64,000 bases of DNA, taken from IMG/VR virus record IMGVR_UViG_3300025765_000001. One strand, given 5' to 3'. The notes under the pieces are model-generated. The model did no database searches, was not told the origin of the DNA, and worked only from the letters and a program-made list of their open reading frames with translations. This stretch comes from a virus. Taxonomy: Duplodnaviria > Heunggongvirae > Uroviricota > Caudoviricetes. Of the stretch, positions 1 through 11,153 are shown in pieces; positions within the stretch are counted from its first letter, which is position 1; each line of letters starts with the position of its first letter. Made by a program: the position numbers and the translations under genes.

Positions 1-476
1 CCGATTGTAGAATACTTTTCATTGAATGCGGCAATTACCTTTTTCAAATCTTCTGGATTCTTGACGCCATTGGGGAAGAAGTGCCGCAATATAGTCATAA
101 CAACAGGGAAGTTGTCCCAATGCTTAGCAAAACTCACATTGGCAGAGAGCGGCGAGAAGAGCATGACCTGGGCGAAGTTGGCAGGGCTGCTCATCGCATA
201 TTGTTGGATGACTTTGATTTCTTTGTCGTAAGAACTAAGAGGCGTGATGGGGCAGCCTTGAAACTCAGGACGTGCGTACTTGGCTTTTGGGTCTTCGTTT
301 GGATCATCGAAGAGTCCCAATTGATTTGAGATTGTGGCGTTACGGAACTTATTGGGGTCTTTTCTCTCTACAAGAGCTAGTTGCCGGTCATGTTCCAGGT
401 ACAGGGCGGTTTCTATGTACGCTGCAAGAGCCTCACCCAACGCCAGCCATTGTCCGAATTTATCCGTGCAGTTCAT
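1..476 (-). pseudogene. Hypothetical gene running off the left edge, apparent frameshift near 403-406
   Basis: ATG at 476 (MNCTDKFGQWLALGE) preceded by CTACATA; a second frame (YLEHDRQLALVERKDPNK...) stays open to position 1. Confidence 0.5.
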
Positions 477-533
477 GAAGTTATGTAGAACTGCAAAGGA
501 ATAATTTTGCTAGCACAGAAAGGTTGGCAGGTG

Positions 534-836
534 TTATTCGCAGAAAACCTCGCTGAATTCGAGGGCGTTGGCGTCCAGGGCGATGTCCTCGTTGACCGAG
601 TTGACTTCTTCCTCGATTTTCTCGGTCTTTTTCTTGAGGGTCGGAAACAGTTCTGTGCCGTCGAGCTTCTGGCCCTTGACGACAACGGCATCCCGCCGAT
701 TGAGCAAGTGTTTGTAGTCCTTGCTCTTCTTGAATTCGGCGACACGCTCTTCGTGACCTTCGCTCTTGACCTCGGTGATGCGTTGTGCAACCTGCCCTAG
801 CTCATCCAGCGAAAGCTGGCTCAGATCGACGGACAT
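534..836 (-). CDS. Hypothetical protein
   Basis: 100-aa ORF, GAAGGGG RBS, co-oriented with neighbours. Confidence 0.65.
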   Translation of the reverse strand: MSVDLSQLSLDELGQVAQRITEVKSEGHEERVAEFKKSKDYKHLLNRRDAVVVKGQKLDGTELFPTLKKKTEKIEEEVNSVNEDIALDANALEFSEVFCE

Positions 837-929
837 AGTTCACCCCTTCCGTGTAAGCAGAAACGGCTAGTGCGTAGTAAACGAGGCTATACACTGCCGT
901 TTTTCGCTTGATCTGTCAATACAGAGTTT

Positions 930-1481
930 TTAGTAGTCATCTTTGTCACGCCCACTGGCCTTCGAGGGACGCCAAGTAGTGACATACTTGATGATCTCGG
1001 CCAGCAAGATTGTCTTCTGCGGCCCCACCAGCTTGCAGTACGCTTCGCAGAGCGGTTCAAGTGTCTCCATGTCGATCCGTCGCTTGTTATCCTTGCGTTC
1101 CTTCGCCTTCATGTCGATGCCGTAGTCAATGGCACGGCTCTTAGCCTGCCACTTGGCAACATCTTCCTTATTCTTCCATTGGCCTTGATAGCTGGCAGAA
1201 TGGGGATAAATGCTGCCACGATCATTGGTAGACGGGTCTTCCTGCTCGAATTTGTAGATGGAGCCGGGCGAGGCACCAGCGGCGACGTTGTTGTACTTCT
1301 TTTTCTTCGCTCCATAGATTCGTGTTTTCACGTCCTTGGGGAGCGGGCTGCCGTCGTTCGGAATACCCTCGATCTCAGCCCACTTGTGGACCTTGAGAGC
1401 ATCTTGGCCCGCACGGACACCCAGATAGAGGAGGGTGATGAAGAACTTGGGCTTGTTCTCGGTTTTTGTATCTTCACTCAT
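930..1481 (-). CDS. Hypothetical protein
   Basis: 183-aa ORF with GGAGG RBS. Confidence 0.7.
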   Translation of the reverse strand: MSEDTKTENKPKFFITLLYLGVRAGQDALKVHKWAEIEGIPNDGSPLPKDVKTRIYGAKKKKYNNVAAGASPGSIYKFEQEDPSTNDRGSIYPHSASYQGQWKNKEDVAKWQAKSRAIDYGIDMKAKERKDNKRRIDMETLEPLCEAYCKLVGPQKTILLAEIIKYVTTWRPSKASGRDKDDY

Positions 1482-1785
1482 CTTTTACCTCCCAGGCAAT
1501 GAGGGGCTTTAGTTCGTAGACTTCCACTTTCGTCAGACCGTAAATAGGTTCACAGGAATCACTCAACTCAGCATACAATCTACTGTCGTAGCCGACGTAA
1601 TGTTTCGGCCTGAACACAGGAGTGTAGATATGCCGAGTGATACAGATGACCACCGAGATACACGAGGCGTTGATTGGTTCGATGTTGTAACACTGACGGC
1701 AGAAGTCCTTCGGCACGCCCAGCATGTCGAGGATTCAGTCCTTGCTATACGCATCGCCAACCACATCTTTTAGCGTGACCTTCAT
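1474..1785 (-). pseudogene. Hypothetical gene with in-frame TGA at 1735-1737
   Basis: MKVTLKDVVGDAYSKD*ILDMLGVP... continues in frame into ORF 1474..1725. Confidence 0.5.
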
Positions 1786-1787
1786 GC

Positions 1788-2057
1788 TTAGTTCTCGCTC
1801 GGTTGTAGTTCGTTTCTTGATCTCAGCACCACCCTCGCACCCGGAGGCGGTTCCTGGCCCTGAATGCAAACAATGGCCCATTTGCCAAATGGTTGCTCGA
1901 TCTCCCTATCGTTGAACCCCATTGCGATGCTCCTGGCATTCCATATGCCGATATAGTCGCTGATCGGCATGAACGCCAAGCCGCTCTCTGGGTTGTCCTG
2001 CCAGTGCGTCGGACGGAACGCCGCCATGTCGTAGGTAATCAACCACACTTTGAACAT
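1788..2057 (-). CDS. Hypothetical protein
   Basis: 89-aa ORF abutting the next gene. Confidence 0.55.
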   Translation of the reverse strand: MFKVWLITYDMAAFRPTHWQDNPESGLAFMPISDYIGIWNARSIAMGFNDREIEQPFGKWAIVCIQGQEPPPGARVVLRSRNELQPSEN

Positions 2058-2441
2058 GGTATGCCTTCCTATGCTGTAACAGGGAACGACGCCATTCCTT
2101 GAACGTCGAGATGGTCAGATCGCCGTTCTCATCAACGTGGTAAACGACATCCACGTTCTTCGAGCCGGGAACGACCATGCCGTAGACGATCACGAAAAGG
2201 TAGATTTCGTGCAGGCCCATCTCGCTGACGATCTGGGCGAGGCGGGCACCCATCTCCTCGACGATCCAGTTGACCTTGCGGGGCTTGACGGTGATCTCGT
2301 CCTTCTGGATGAAGTCGTTCCACTCGTCGCATCGGGCGATTCCCGGCCTTCGTAGGCCCCATCTAGGGCCTTCCGCACCATCTTGCGAACGTCATTGTAT
2401 GTTATTGGTCCCTCTTGCCGTTGGGTTTCGTCAACAGGCCC

Positions 2442-2469
2442 ATTGTAGTGCTTCCTGGGCCGATGTCAA
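2442..2469 (-). promoter_or_regulatory. Sigma70-type promoter TTGACA-N16-TACAAT
   Basis: Read directly; heads a minus-strand gene run. Confidence 0.75.
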
Positions 2470-2889
2470 GCGACATTATTAGGGACATTTTTTCGGAAAA
2501 CTTTTCAGAAAAAAGCCGGACGAATCGCTTTCCCGCCGTTATTGAGCTTTTGAAAGGAGGGCACAATGATCCCACAAGCGATTCGAGAGGCGGTTGTCGA
2601 GCTTCGCAAGGGCCTGGATTACATCAACACCGTCCTGTTTATCTCGATCACGCCGGATGAGATTATCGACCTGTATCCCTCGGACCATGAAATTGCCGAG
2701 AGCATCGAATACACCCTGGGCGATGCTTGGCAAGCTCTACGTCCAGGTGACTTATGCCGATTGGCCTCACACCAGGACGCCTCGCACTGTCAACGACGTG
2801 CTGTGGAATGTGCTGGTCCATTGCTGGTACGAATTGAGCCGGGCAGTGGATTGCAACACGGATCGACGTATCTCGCTGATGTTGGAAAT

Positions 2890-3707
2890 ATGCTAGCAGC
2901 TAGAAGACTGACTCAATTCCATTTACCCAGAGGAGGATTAGCTATTCTCTACCAAGTGAAATTCCTGCGTCTCGAATGTGTAGCTACCGATAGCTGGATT
3001 ACGTTTGAGCTATCCTACGCTATGGACTTCGGCAATGAGGTAGACAAATTCCTGGCCCATATGATGCCGGGCTAGGAACTGGTGTCGGGTTGCATTGCCG
3101 TAAGCAAATGGCTCACGATGATGCCAATCTAGCCGTGCGTAGGGTAGAGAAAGCCGCTCAGAAAGGTCTAAAGATCGATGTAACAGGCAATCATATTGCC
3201 GGTAGTCTTGATGAATTCAAGAGACTATTGAATGAGAATGTAAAAAAGAATGCCTCTCCTGGCGATACACTGGTTATTCACACGATAGGTCATGGTTTTG
3301 GAGATGGCAGTTTGGCGATGCTAGGCCAAAGAAGTGGGATCACAGATGCTATAGCACAAGCAGCCGAAACTAATAGCCAGTAAATACTATGGTGGCAGTT
3401 GAGTTGTCACGCCGCAGCTAGACTACCTCCTATAAACTCACTCAATGATGTGCGGCAAAGGCTATTAAGCATGATAGCCAGTTCTCATGCCAGCCAGACC
3501 AGTCCGGCAGGCGTTGAGGGCCGTATTATGGAGCGGGTATTTGTAGCCATTGCCGATGACGATAGAGGCATAGACCCAAACCAAGACGGCATTATTACAG
3601 TCGAGGAGTTGAAGGGCTTCTTAAACACAGGTCAATACAAGCGAGGAGACCTATTGTTTGCTCGCTCGCTCCAAGACCCTATATTTGGAATCTACAGACC
3701 AGCATAG
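2890..3707 (+). pseudogene. Caspase/legumain-like (clan CD) protease, interrupted
   Basis: LVIHTIGHG and WQLSCHA His-Gly/Ser-Cys motifs lie in one frame separated by TAA at 3381-3383; further lesions near 3073-3090. Confidence 0.5.
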
Positions 3708-3790
3708 GACTTGTCTATTAGAGACCCGCAAAACCCCGGACAAGTGCATCCAAGGAATTTCATACCATATCCAGATCGGCCATTATCATT

Positions 3791-4447
3791 TCAGAGGGTC
3801 TTGAACATAGGTTCGACCACCTGGAAGAGCCGTTCGTTCTTAGTCATGTAGGATAGGCCGCAACCTTTGTAGTAATCACAGCTTCGTACTTTGTTGTCGT
3901 CTGTGTAATAGAAGCCACGGTGATTTGAGAAGATAAATCTGTAGAGCCACGGTCCTTGGAATCGCTCTATGTCAATCCAAGTATCGTGTGCAAGAATTGT
4001 TTCAGTGCCCGCCTTCAACAGCATCCGAATCTCGGCAAAGCACCCGTAGAGACTGTGATCCCCGTCTACGAAAATGAAATCAAACTCCGGGGAGATGATT
4101 TCGAGTGAGGGCTTCTGGATTAGCTGAACCTTATCGAGCCTCGTGCAGTGGGCGAGGACGTTGGCGTGAATCTTCCTTGAAGGTTTTGGATCGCATGTGG
4201 TGAAATGAAAGTCGGCACCCTGATTCAGTGCCTCAAGAAAAGCTGAAGTTGAGTAGCCATTGCAACAACCAATTTCGAGGCATCTCTTAGGCTTGGTAGC
4301 CATGAGAATGTCGTAGATCAATTGGCGGTATACAGGGCCGATAGATGACTTGATGCCGACACGGTACTTGGTGAAGTCCATACCGTATCTAGGATTCTTT
4401 TGGCGGTTTCGGCGGCTCTGGTAGCGAGATGACTGTGACCTGGACAT
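3791..4447 (-). CDS. Class I SAM-dependent methyltransferase (Methyltransf_24-like)
   Basis: LEIGCCNGYST, FDFIFVDGDHS and ILAHD motifs. Confidence 0.8.
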   Translation of the reverse strand: MSRSQSSRYQSRRNRQKNPRYGMDFTKYRVGIKSSIGPVYRQLIYDILMATKPKRCLEIGCCNGYSTSAFLEALNQGADFHFTTCDPKPSRKIHANVLAHCTRLDKVQLIQKPSLEIISPEFDFIFVDGDHSLYGCFAEIRMLLKAGTETILAHDTWIDIERFQGPWLYRFIFSNHRGFYYTDDNKVRSCDYYKGCGLSYMTKNERLFQVVEPMFKTL

Positions 4448-4946
4448 GAGGCATTACTTGCCTCAGTTCATCGGCCATTACCAAGGCGAATTCCGTACTC
4501 CCCAGCACCATGTTGAAGAAATAATTGAGGCCACGTTCCGCTACACGGATGCCGCCCATCTCGAAGCTTGTATCTAGCTCATTCAAGATGAACCTCTCCA
4601 TGTGAATGTCAACGAACGGATGCATTTCCCGCCGTCGTGCCTTCTCCAGCAACATTTGCTTCCAATGCCTGTAGTAAGGCCGCTGCATGTAGATAGGAAG
4701 CCGCCGCACGAGGCCAACGTAGCCGAAAATAAAAATGCCAGCCCCAACTACGCCGCCAAGGAAGGCTCCGTGGTAGGCCCACAGGCTGTTGTATTCGTGT
4801 TGGACGCTGAGATGGTCGATGACCAGCCAGACAGGGACCGCCACGACCCAGAACACGATGAACAGTGCGTACTGTAGACCGTCATTGAACAACACCGTCG
4901 CTCCATCCTGCCCACCACCAGTCCCATTCTTTGGTTCCGACGACAT
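4389..4946 (-). CDS. Membrane protein (two hydrophobic segments)
   Basis: Two TM-like stretches, GAGGAG RBS. Confidence 0.6.
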   Translation of the reverse strand: MSSEPKNGTGGGQDGATVLFNDGLQYALFIVFWVVAVPVWLVIDHLSVQHEYNSLWAYHGAFLGGVVGAGIFIFGYVGLVRRLPIYMQRPYYRHWKQMLLEKARRREMHPFVDIHMERFILNELDTSFEMGGIRVAERGLNYFFNMVLGSTEFALVMADELRQVMPHVQVTVISLPEPPKPPKES

Positions 4947-5039
4947 ATGGACACTCCTCGTCGCTGTGGGTGCCAGCCCTCCAGCCCAGATGATAGGCTT
5001 GATGAAGGTAGTGCTTCGAGTTTCTGTATACGGGGCAGA

Positions 5040-5459
5040 TCATCGTTTGCATCCGTGCATTGGACAGGTTTTCACGGTGTCGTCATCGCAACGACACACG
5101 ACGCCAGGGGCGATGTTGGGCTGTCGTTCCTCAGCCAACACATCAGCACGTTCACGCAACGCTTGGGCCACGGCCCTACCGTAAGCCTGGGACTGGAAGC
5201 CTCGGCCTCGTGCTACAGAACCGGGATGCTTCTCGCCGCCTGTGATTTTCTCATACAGGAAGACGCAGAAGCTCTCCCACCCGGCCTCGATGTTCACCCG
5301 GCCATAGTGTTTGCTTTGAAACGTCTTCTGCATTTTGATACCCAGGATGTTGAGATCATCCTGAGTAATGGTGGCGTCTTCGTGCCCGTAGGCGGCTTTC
5401 TCAACCTTGTCCGCTAGGGCTAGAATCGCCTGCTTCTTGTCCGTTGCTGTCGCTGACAT
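5040..5459 (-). CDS. Hypothetical protein (start MSATATDKKQ)
   Basis: GGAGG RBS before internal ATG of ORF 5040..5711. Confidence 0.55.
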   Translation of the reverse strand: MSATATDKKQAILALADKVEKAAYGHEDATITQDDLNILGIKMQKTFQSKHYGRVNIEAGWESFCVFLYEKITGGEKHPGSVARGRGFQSQAYGRAVAQALRERADVLAEERQPNIAPGVVCRCDDDTVKTCPMHGCKR

Positions 5460-5907
5460 CTTCGGGTTCCTCCTTCGGAGCCGGGGGCGGTTCCACCTGA
5501 TCGAGCCAGTGATAGTTGGGTAGTTCGTCGGCGGTGCAGTGTGCCCAATCATAGGGTTGAACAGGACCGCCATCCGATGAGCCGTTGTCGTAGTCGGTGC
5601 GGCAGTTGAGCCAGCCCTTGCGAGGCCCATCCTCGATTTCTTGACCGCCGTGAGCGGGGAACCACTCACCACCAGACAAGATGAAGTACATGATCGGTTT
5701 CTTTGCCACACCGTCTGTGTTGATGGGCAGTGCCTCGATCTTATCTTGCAAAACCTGCCGCAGCGGGTTGAGAACTGAGCTATGAATCCCCGCCAGTTGT
5801 AGCGATTGCTCTAACTGCACCAGTTGTCGGACTGCCGACTTCAGGACATACTTGGTGCGAGGCATTTCGGGCTTGGGCTTGGGCTTGGCTGGCAATGCAC
5901 GCTTCAT
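5401..5907 (-). CDS. Hypothetical protein
   Basis: 168-aa ORF coupled (ATGA) to upstream gene. Confidence 0.6.
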   Translation of the reverse strand: MKRALPAKPKPKPEMPRTKYVLKSAVRQLVQLEQSLQLAGIHSSVLNPLRQVLQDKIEALPINTDGVAKKPIMYFILSGGEWFPAHGGQEIEDGPRKGWLNCRTDYDNGSSDGGPVQPYDWAHCTADELPNYHWLDQVEPPPAPKEEPEDVSDSNGQEAGDSSPSGQG

Positions 5908-6325
5908 TTCGCTGCCTTCTCTTTCTTTTTTCTCTGCTGCGATTTATGGATGCGTTCTAGTGCATCCTTCGCATCCACAACCTCGAAGCCAGAGGTATTA
6001 CCAAGAGACTCTACCTGCTCCTTCAAGTCCGGCGTGGTTTTTATATTGTGGTTGGCGTCGTAGATCGCATCCTCACGAGTCTGGCCTTCGCCAAGCAACC
6101 CGCCAGTCTTTAGTTCGTGAACCCGCCACTTTTTGGAGAATGGGCACCGGAACATGAAGCCCTTGAATCCCCTTAGCAGCTTCGGCGTCGATCTCAAACC
6201 GCTTCCATACCCAGGGCGGGCCAAACCTCATGAATTCGTAGAACTGACAGATCGCCCAGCGTTTCACAGTCATGTGTTCCTCCACCAGCATGATATTGTA
6301 AAACGCTGCGATGTAAAGTCAGTTG

Positions 6326-6682
6326 TCAGTCCTCGAAGATGGATTCCCTGTCACGATCTAGCTCAAGGCGGGCCGGAATCTGAGAGATGATTAGCTCGTG
6401 TGCCGTGTCGCCGATGATACCCATACTCTCCAGAGCTTCCCTCACAACAGTCTCCCAGAAATGGCGAGTCTTGGCCGACCGATCATCCCAAGGGATCACA
6501 AGGCCCATAGGGTTCATTGCCTTGTCACGCTGAGGGTCTTGAGACTTCCGAATGCGAGCGTAGATCATCCGTGCCAACGTGCAGTACAATGTTTCCGGGT
6601 CGGAAAAGTCTGCGGGGTGCATGTTGGCCTCCTCAACGTCGCATCTCGTGCTGGCACACTGCATTGTAGCCTCTTCGGGCAT
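6326..6682 (-). CDS. Hypothetical protein
   Basis: 118-aa ORF in the co-oriented run. Confidence 0.55.
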   Translation of the reverse strand: MPEEATMQCASTRCDVEEANMHPADFSDPETLYCTLARMIYARIRKSQDPQRDKAMNPMGLVIPWDDRSAKTRHFWETVVREALESMGIIGDTAHELIISQIPARLELDRDRESIFED

Positions 6683-6696
6683 CGAAGTAAAGCGGG

Positions 6697-7488
6697 TTAA
6701 TGATTGTGGGGCGTCACAAGTCCTTGCAGGCCGGTAATTACGGTTTGAAGCACCGGCGTATGAACGGACATGAATTGCTGGAAAGGGTTTGCGAATTCTT
6801 CTAAGTCCTGATTCACGAACTGCTGAATGCGGCGAAAAACACCATCGCAGTGACGCAGTTGCAGGATCGTGGCCTTCCAGCCAGCAAAGTTCCTCGGAGG
6901 ATTTGGCGGCGGTGCGGGGCCTTCATCAGCCTCGTCAACGACTCGCCCGACCTGAATCATTATCCGACGCACCAGCATCTTGAAGTTGACCCACTCACGC
7001 ACTGCTCTCGCCATCTCTTGCCTGGGCAGCGTTGGAGCGTAACGAGCGGCATGGGTCATGGCCTCTTGGTATTGGTCAAGCACTGTGCGAGGTTGTGCGA
7101 ACCTCTCCTAGCCGGGCGATGGCGAAGCTGCGGCACCGATCTCTGGGGCCATATAGTCAATCATGCCGTCTGCACCCGTAGCTGCTAAGCCAGCGTTGTT
7201 CCGGTCGTCCAAGTGCCCATCTACCATATGCATCAATTGCCACAAGCGAAGCAGTGGGTGACGCTCAGTAAGTTGTTCTGGCCTGGGTGGTCTAGGTCCG
7301 TTGCTGAATATATCTTCCTCATCCTCTGGATCGGGAGGCGGATTAGGGCCGTGGTCAGCCCAGCCATCAGTAGGAAGTGTAGACACGCCTGTTAGAGTTC
7401 TTCGAGGCGGCGGCAAAGAAACAGTATCCCCGATGTCGCCCTCGGATTCTCTGGCTAGAACCCACTCCTTGTACGATTTAATAGCCAT
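6697..7488 (-). pseudogene. Single gene split by in-frame TAG (7108-7110); possible head-packaged protein
   Basis: ORFs 7108..7488 and 6697..7083 share a frame; N-terminus MAIKSYKEWVLARE; TAAATA 4 nt before ATG. Confidence 0.5.
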
Positions 7489-7539
7489 GCCGTATTTAAG
7501 CCGACGTGACTACATTATTTCATGGAGTTGTTAGTTCTA

Positions 7540-8046
7540 TTAGCGTGCGTTGCCTTGTGGTATTGGACCAAAGATGATGATGTGCAGTACAATTAAATAG
7601 GAACGGCCCGCCTTCGGCGGGCCGTTCTGCGAATCGGGCGGGTGTTGCAGCTTTGGTTTCGGTAGAACAGGCACGTAGAATTCGCAGCGGTAGACCTCGA
7701 TTTCGGGGCCGTCGCCGTGTTTTTCAGATATGCCTAATCCACCACCTGGGCCTTCCTTCTTCTTGTAGATTTTGGCCTTGTCGTAGGGCGTCTTGTCTTT
7801 GTAGGTGAAGCCGATGTCGGTCTCGCCTGTGTTGCTGGTACTGACTTTGATCTCAGACGGCATATAGCCGTTGATGATCGGGACTCGAACGGCAAACCCC
7901 TCGTACTTGACGTACTCGATGGTCTTGATCTCGAAGTCCAGATTCACGAACATGATCTTGGGTTCTTGTTTTTTCGCTGGCTCCTGGGCTTGAGTCAGTA
8001 GTGCGGTTGCTACGATCATGGTAGCGATAGCGGTCAAGCGAAACAT
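7540..8046 (-). CDS. Exported protein with signal peptide
   Basis: MFRLTAIATMIVATALLTQA-QEP signal-like N-terminus, AGGAG RBS. Confidence 0.65.
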   Translation of the reverse strand: MFRLTAIATMIVATALLTQAQEPAKKQEPKIMFVNLDFEIKTIEYVKYEGFAVRVPIINGYMPSEIKVSTSNTGETDIGFTYKDKTPYDKAKIYKKKEGPGGGLGISEKHGDGPEIEVYRCEFYVPVLPKPKLQHPPDSQNGPPKAGRSYLIVLHIIIFGPIPQGNAR

Positions 8047-8157
8047 CTCTTCTCCTTACTTGTTCGACCGCAACTTAGCAAGGAGTCGGAGTAGTACCCA
8101 ATGTTGGCATTCGTGCCCTTGTTGCTAATCCGCACACGATATTGTGGTTGCGACATC

Positions 8158-9372
8158 TTAGATCAACCAAATACTATTCCGGCCCGCCTCGGTAGAGAGG
8201 AACTTGGGATCAGGGACAATGCCAACCCTGGACAGATCAAGTCGGTCGGCATCCCAGCACACGCCCACTGTGGGGTCGTCGCTCACTTGCCCGTCGTTGT
8301 GTAGACGGCAAGCATGTAGCAGCTTTTCCAGCCGGTCTCCCTTCAGTTCCTTGAGCATCCAGTTCTCACGGTTCTTGAGGATGAATTCGGCTGCACGATA
8401 ACCGTGCCGTGGATCGTCCATCTCATTCTCACGCTGGCAGTCATGCGTGATTGCAAAGAGGCGACATACTAGCTCATCGGCCCCCTTGGTCTTCTTGGCG
8501 AGGGCGATAGCATTTCGCTCTACCTTCTCCCAATGGTGAGGGCCATGATCGCTCCAGCCCTTGTCCAGAGGGAAAGCCTTCTTGCAGTCATCCAGAATGA
8601 TCTCTAGGATACCTGGACGACTCAACTTCCGCAGGGTTTTGAATTCGATATTGGCCGGGTCTACCACGATCTCTAATTCGTTACGCCCGCCCAGGTAGGC
8701 GATAACATGCTCCTTGCGAACGCTGGCAATGGCGACGTGGCCCGCTCGCTGGAATCGGTGTGCGAACCACTTGGCCTTGTTATAGCTGAGGGTCCAGCTA
8801 TAGCCCCGGCGATTGACGGTGTGGTGCCCTCGGTAGATCATGAACTGGTCGGGTAGTTTGGCTAGAAACGCACGCTCCTTCTCGTCCATCATGCGTTCAC
8901 GAGAGCCACGAGGACTCCTAAGCAGTCTGGAGATGAAGTAGATTTGCCAGAGGTTCTCGGTGTCCGACCACACTTTGCCCAGCAACTCCCAATACTCTTC
9001 GTCGGTGAGCATGTAGGCAATCTCATCGAATGCCTCAAAGCGGTGGGGCCGCTCGTGCAGGAAGATGAAACTACCCCACTTGCCTTTTTCCCTGGCCTCC
9101 TCGACGGCTTTTTGCTTGTACCTGTACTGTTCGTTATAGAGAGCGTTTTGCATCTCCATGTACGGCACTGCGAATAGAAGCGGATGTTTGAGCATTGGCC
9201 AGCCAAGCGATGAACCACGGCCCGGCTTGGTGAGACAGGCGGCGAGATCAGGATGCAGAGCCTCTTTGCGTTCGAGCAGCTTGGTGAATTCATTCATAGC
9301 TGTCTCGGCTTGTTCCTTATTCATTAACCCCGCAGGGAGTTTTGGAGCGGCGTTGGACATTCTCTCCTCCAT
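8158..9372 (-). CDS. Protein with C-terminal HD phosphohydrolase domain
   Basis: HGPHHWEKV...AITHD...HG...CWDADRLDL motifs. Confidence 0.8.
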   Translation of the reverse strand: MEERMSNAAPKLPAGLMNKEQAETAMNEFTKLLERKEALHPDLAACLTKPGRGSSLGWPMLKHPLLFAVPYMEMQNALYNEQYRYKQKAVEEAREKGKWGSFIFLHERPHRFEAFDEIAYMLTDEEYWELLGKVWSDTENLWQIYFISRLLRSPRGSRERMMDEKERAFLAKLPDQFMIYRGHHTVNRRGYSWTLSYNKAKWFAHRFQRAGHVAIASVRKEHVIAYLGGRNELEIVVDPANIEFKTLRKLSRPGILEIILDDCKKAFPLDKGWSDHGPHHWEKVERNAIALAKKTKGADELVCRLFAITHDCQRENEMDDPRHGYRAAEFILKNRENWMLKELKGDRLEKLLHACRLHNDGQVSDDPTVGVCWDADRLDLSRVGIVPDPKFLSTEAGRNSIWLI

Positions 9373-9604
9373 CGAACTTCAGTGCTAGTTCTAACATCGC
9401 TTTCTCCTTGTGTAGTTGGAGATAGCGATTACCCATTGTGTCAACGGCTGCGATCTTCGCAATTGCACGAGGGTAGTCCATGAAGCGGGCCTCGGTCTCT
9501 CGCTCTTGCAACAGGGATTCCGGCGAGATTACCGTGAATCCTAAAGACCGGGCTTGAGCGTCAGTCATCCCCCGTATGCGTGCAACCGCCGTCAACATGA
9601 TTCC

Positions 9605-9632
9605 ATTATACTCCTGAAAGGCCTCCTGTCTA
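9605..9632 (-). promoter_or_regulatory. Promoter TAGACA-N16-TATAAT
   Basis: Read directly, just upstream of ORF 9317..9598. Confidence 0.6.
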
Positions 9633-9671
9633 TTTACGGTGTCAGAGATTAAGTACCTTCCCTCTATTTTG

Positions 9672-10295
9672 TCAGAGTTTCAAAATCTGACCCCGATGGA
9701 CTCTCCGCATGTATTCGATGATCGTCTCGGTGGGTTTCTTGACCCCAGGAAGATGAAATTCGTTGGCCTCGTGCTGGCCGAAGACTTCGGCGTAGCCACA
9801 CAGAGAGTAGCCCATCTGCATGTAGAACTTCATCCACTCTTCCATCGAGAACATGCCGTTGTACAGATCGTAGATCAGCGTGTCAAGGTTGAGACTGGCC
9901 CTGGTTTCCGTGCAGTGGCTTCCGTAACCCTGCTCGCCGTCAGCGTGGTTCTCGACGGACGCCGGGATGTAGACGCCGCTATATTCATACAACCAGTTGA
10001 TGAAACTGTTTTCTTTCCACCGCCATGTCCGGCCTCGCCGTGGGTCTGCGGGCTGCGGGGTTTCCACGATATCGTGGTTGAAGATAACAGCAAGATCGGC
10101 CATGTCCTCGTATTCGGAGTCTCGCACTTCTTCAAGCGGGATCACCCGCTTGATCTCGCAGGGTGTGACTTCGACCTTGTTGCCCTTCTCGGTGACATAA
10201 CGCTCGATGTTACGTCGGGGCGGAAAAGAAAGTTGATAACCCTTCATCGGATCGTCCTTTCGATTGGAGATTTTGTGGGGTCCATTGGCTGTCAT
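9672..10295 (-). CDS. Hypothetical protein
   Basis: 207-aa ORF, protein-like composition. Confidence 0.65.
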   Translation of the reverse strand: MTANGPHKISNRKDDPMKGYQLSFPPRRNIERYVTEKGNKVEVTPCEIKRVIPLEEVRDSEYEDMADLAVIFNHDIVETPQPADPRRGRTWRWKENSFINWLYEYSGVYIPASVENHADGEQGYGSHCTETRASLNLDTLIYDLYNGMFSMEEWMKFYMQMGYSLCGYAEVFGQHEANEFHLPGVKKPTETIIEYMRRVHRGQILKL

Positions 10296-10602
10296 TGTGC
10301 CTTTACAGTCTGGTCTTCTATTTTGGCACTAGTCGGGGTCGTAGTCTCGCTCGATGGGCACGCCCTCGCATTCCTCGACCCAATAGGTAATGCGGTTGCC
10401 ATTGATGGCACGGTCTTTTTTGTTTTTGTATGGCATGGCTACAGTATAAACCGTAGCCGATCTTTGGTTTAACTGTTCTCCGTGACGAACCTTGTGATTT
10501 CGCCGCCGCTGTGCAGTGATTCAAGTTGTTCGATAGTCTTGTCCATATCGAGGCCGATGTCGGCCAAGTTTCGAGCTACCTGCAAGAGATAATCTCGCCC
10601 AC

Positions 10603-10878
10603 TCATGGGAATGTATTGTAGTCGGTCTTCTTGGAATCCTCATCGACACGGTATCTGTCGGCCTGGAACTCGTTGTAGCGAACGATCTCAGAGCCGCAGA
10701 ACGTAGAACTCGGTCCCTGGGCGGCGACAATGACGCAAAGATACGACATCTCGCTGGGGCAAACGAATTCGTCATTTGGAAACCGCTCTTTGATCCAGGC
10801 TGCGAACTCGTCCCTGTTGTGCAAGATTGGTGACTTCAGTAGCGTTACCGCAAACTGGCTTGTGGACTGTTGGAACAT
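10603..10878 (-). CDS. Hypothetical protein
   Basis: 91-aa ORF. Confidence 0.55.
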   Translation of the reverse strand: MFQQSTSQFAVTLLKSPILHNRDEFAAWIKERFPNDEFVCPSEMSYLCVIVAAQGPSSTFCGSEIVRYNEFQADRYRVDEDSKKTDYNTFP

Positions 10879-10904
10879 TGCTTTCTCGCTTCACTACATA
10901 CCGT

Positions 10905-11153
10905 ATGAGAAACACCATCATGTTCATCATAGGCATGTCTATAATTGTGTTCCTCGGATGGTTTGTTTGTTACGACTACTATCTCTCAATGACTGGCAGT
11001 AGGACGTTCAGTACCGTGGTCTACGACTGGACGCAAGCAAATCTCAAGAAACCCCACGTCCTAATTAGTACCGCCGTCACCATTGGGCTTACAATCGGCT
11101 TCGTGCTTGGCTTCATCCTTGGACACCTTTTCTGGCCGCACAATCCATCTTAG
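10905..11153 (+). CDS. Small two-TM membrane protein
   Basis: Two hydrophobic helices; CTACATA 4 nt before ATG. Confidence 0.6.
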   Translation: MRNTIMFIIGMSIIVFLGWFVCYDYYLSMTGSRTFSTVVYDWTQANLKKPHVLISTAVTIGLTIGFVLGFILGHLFWPHNPS

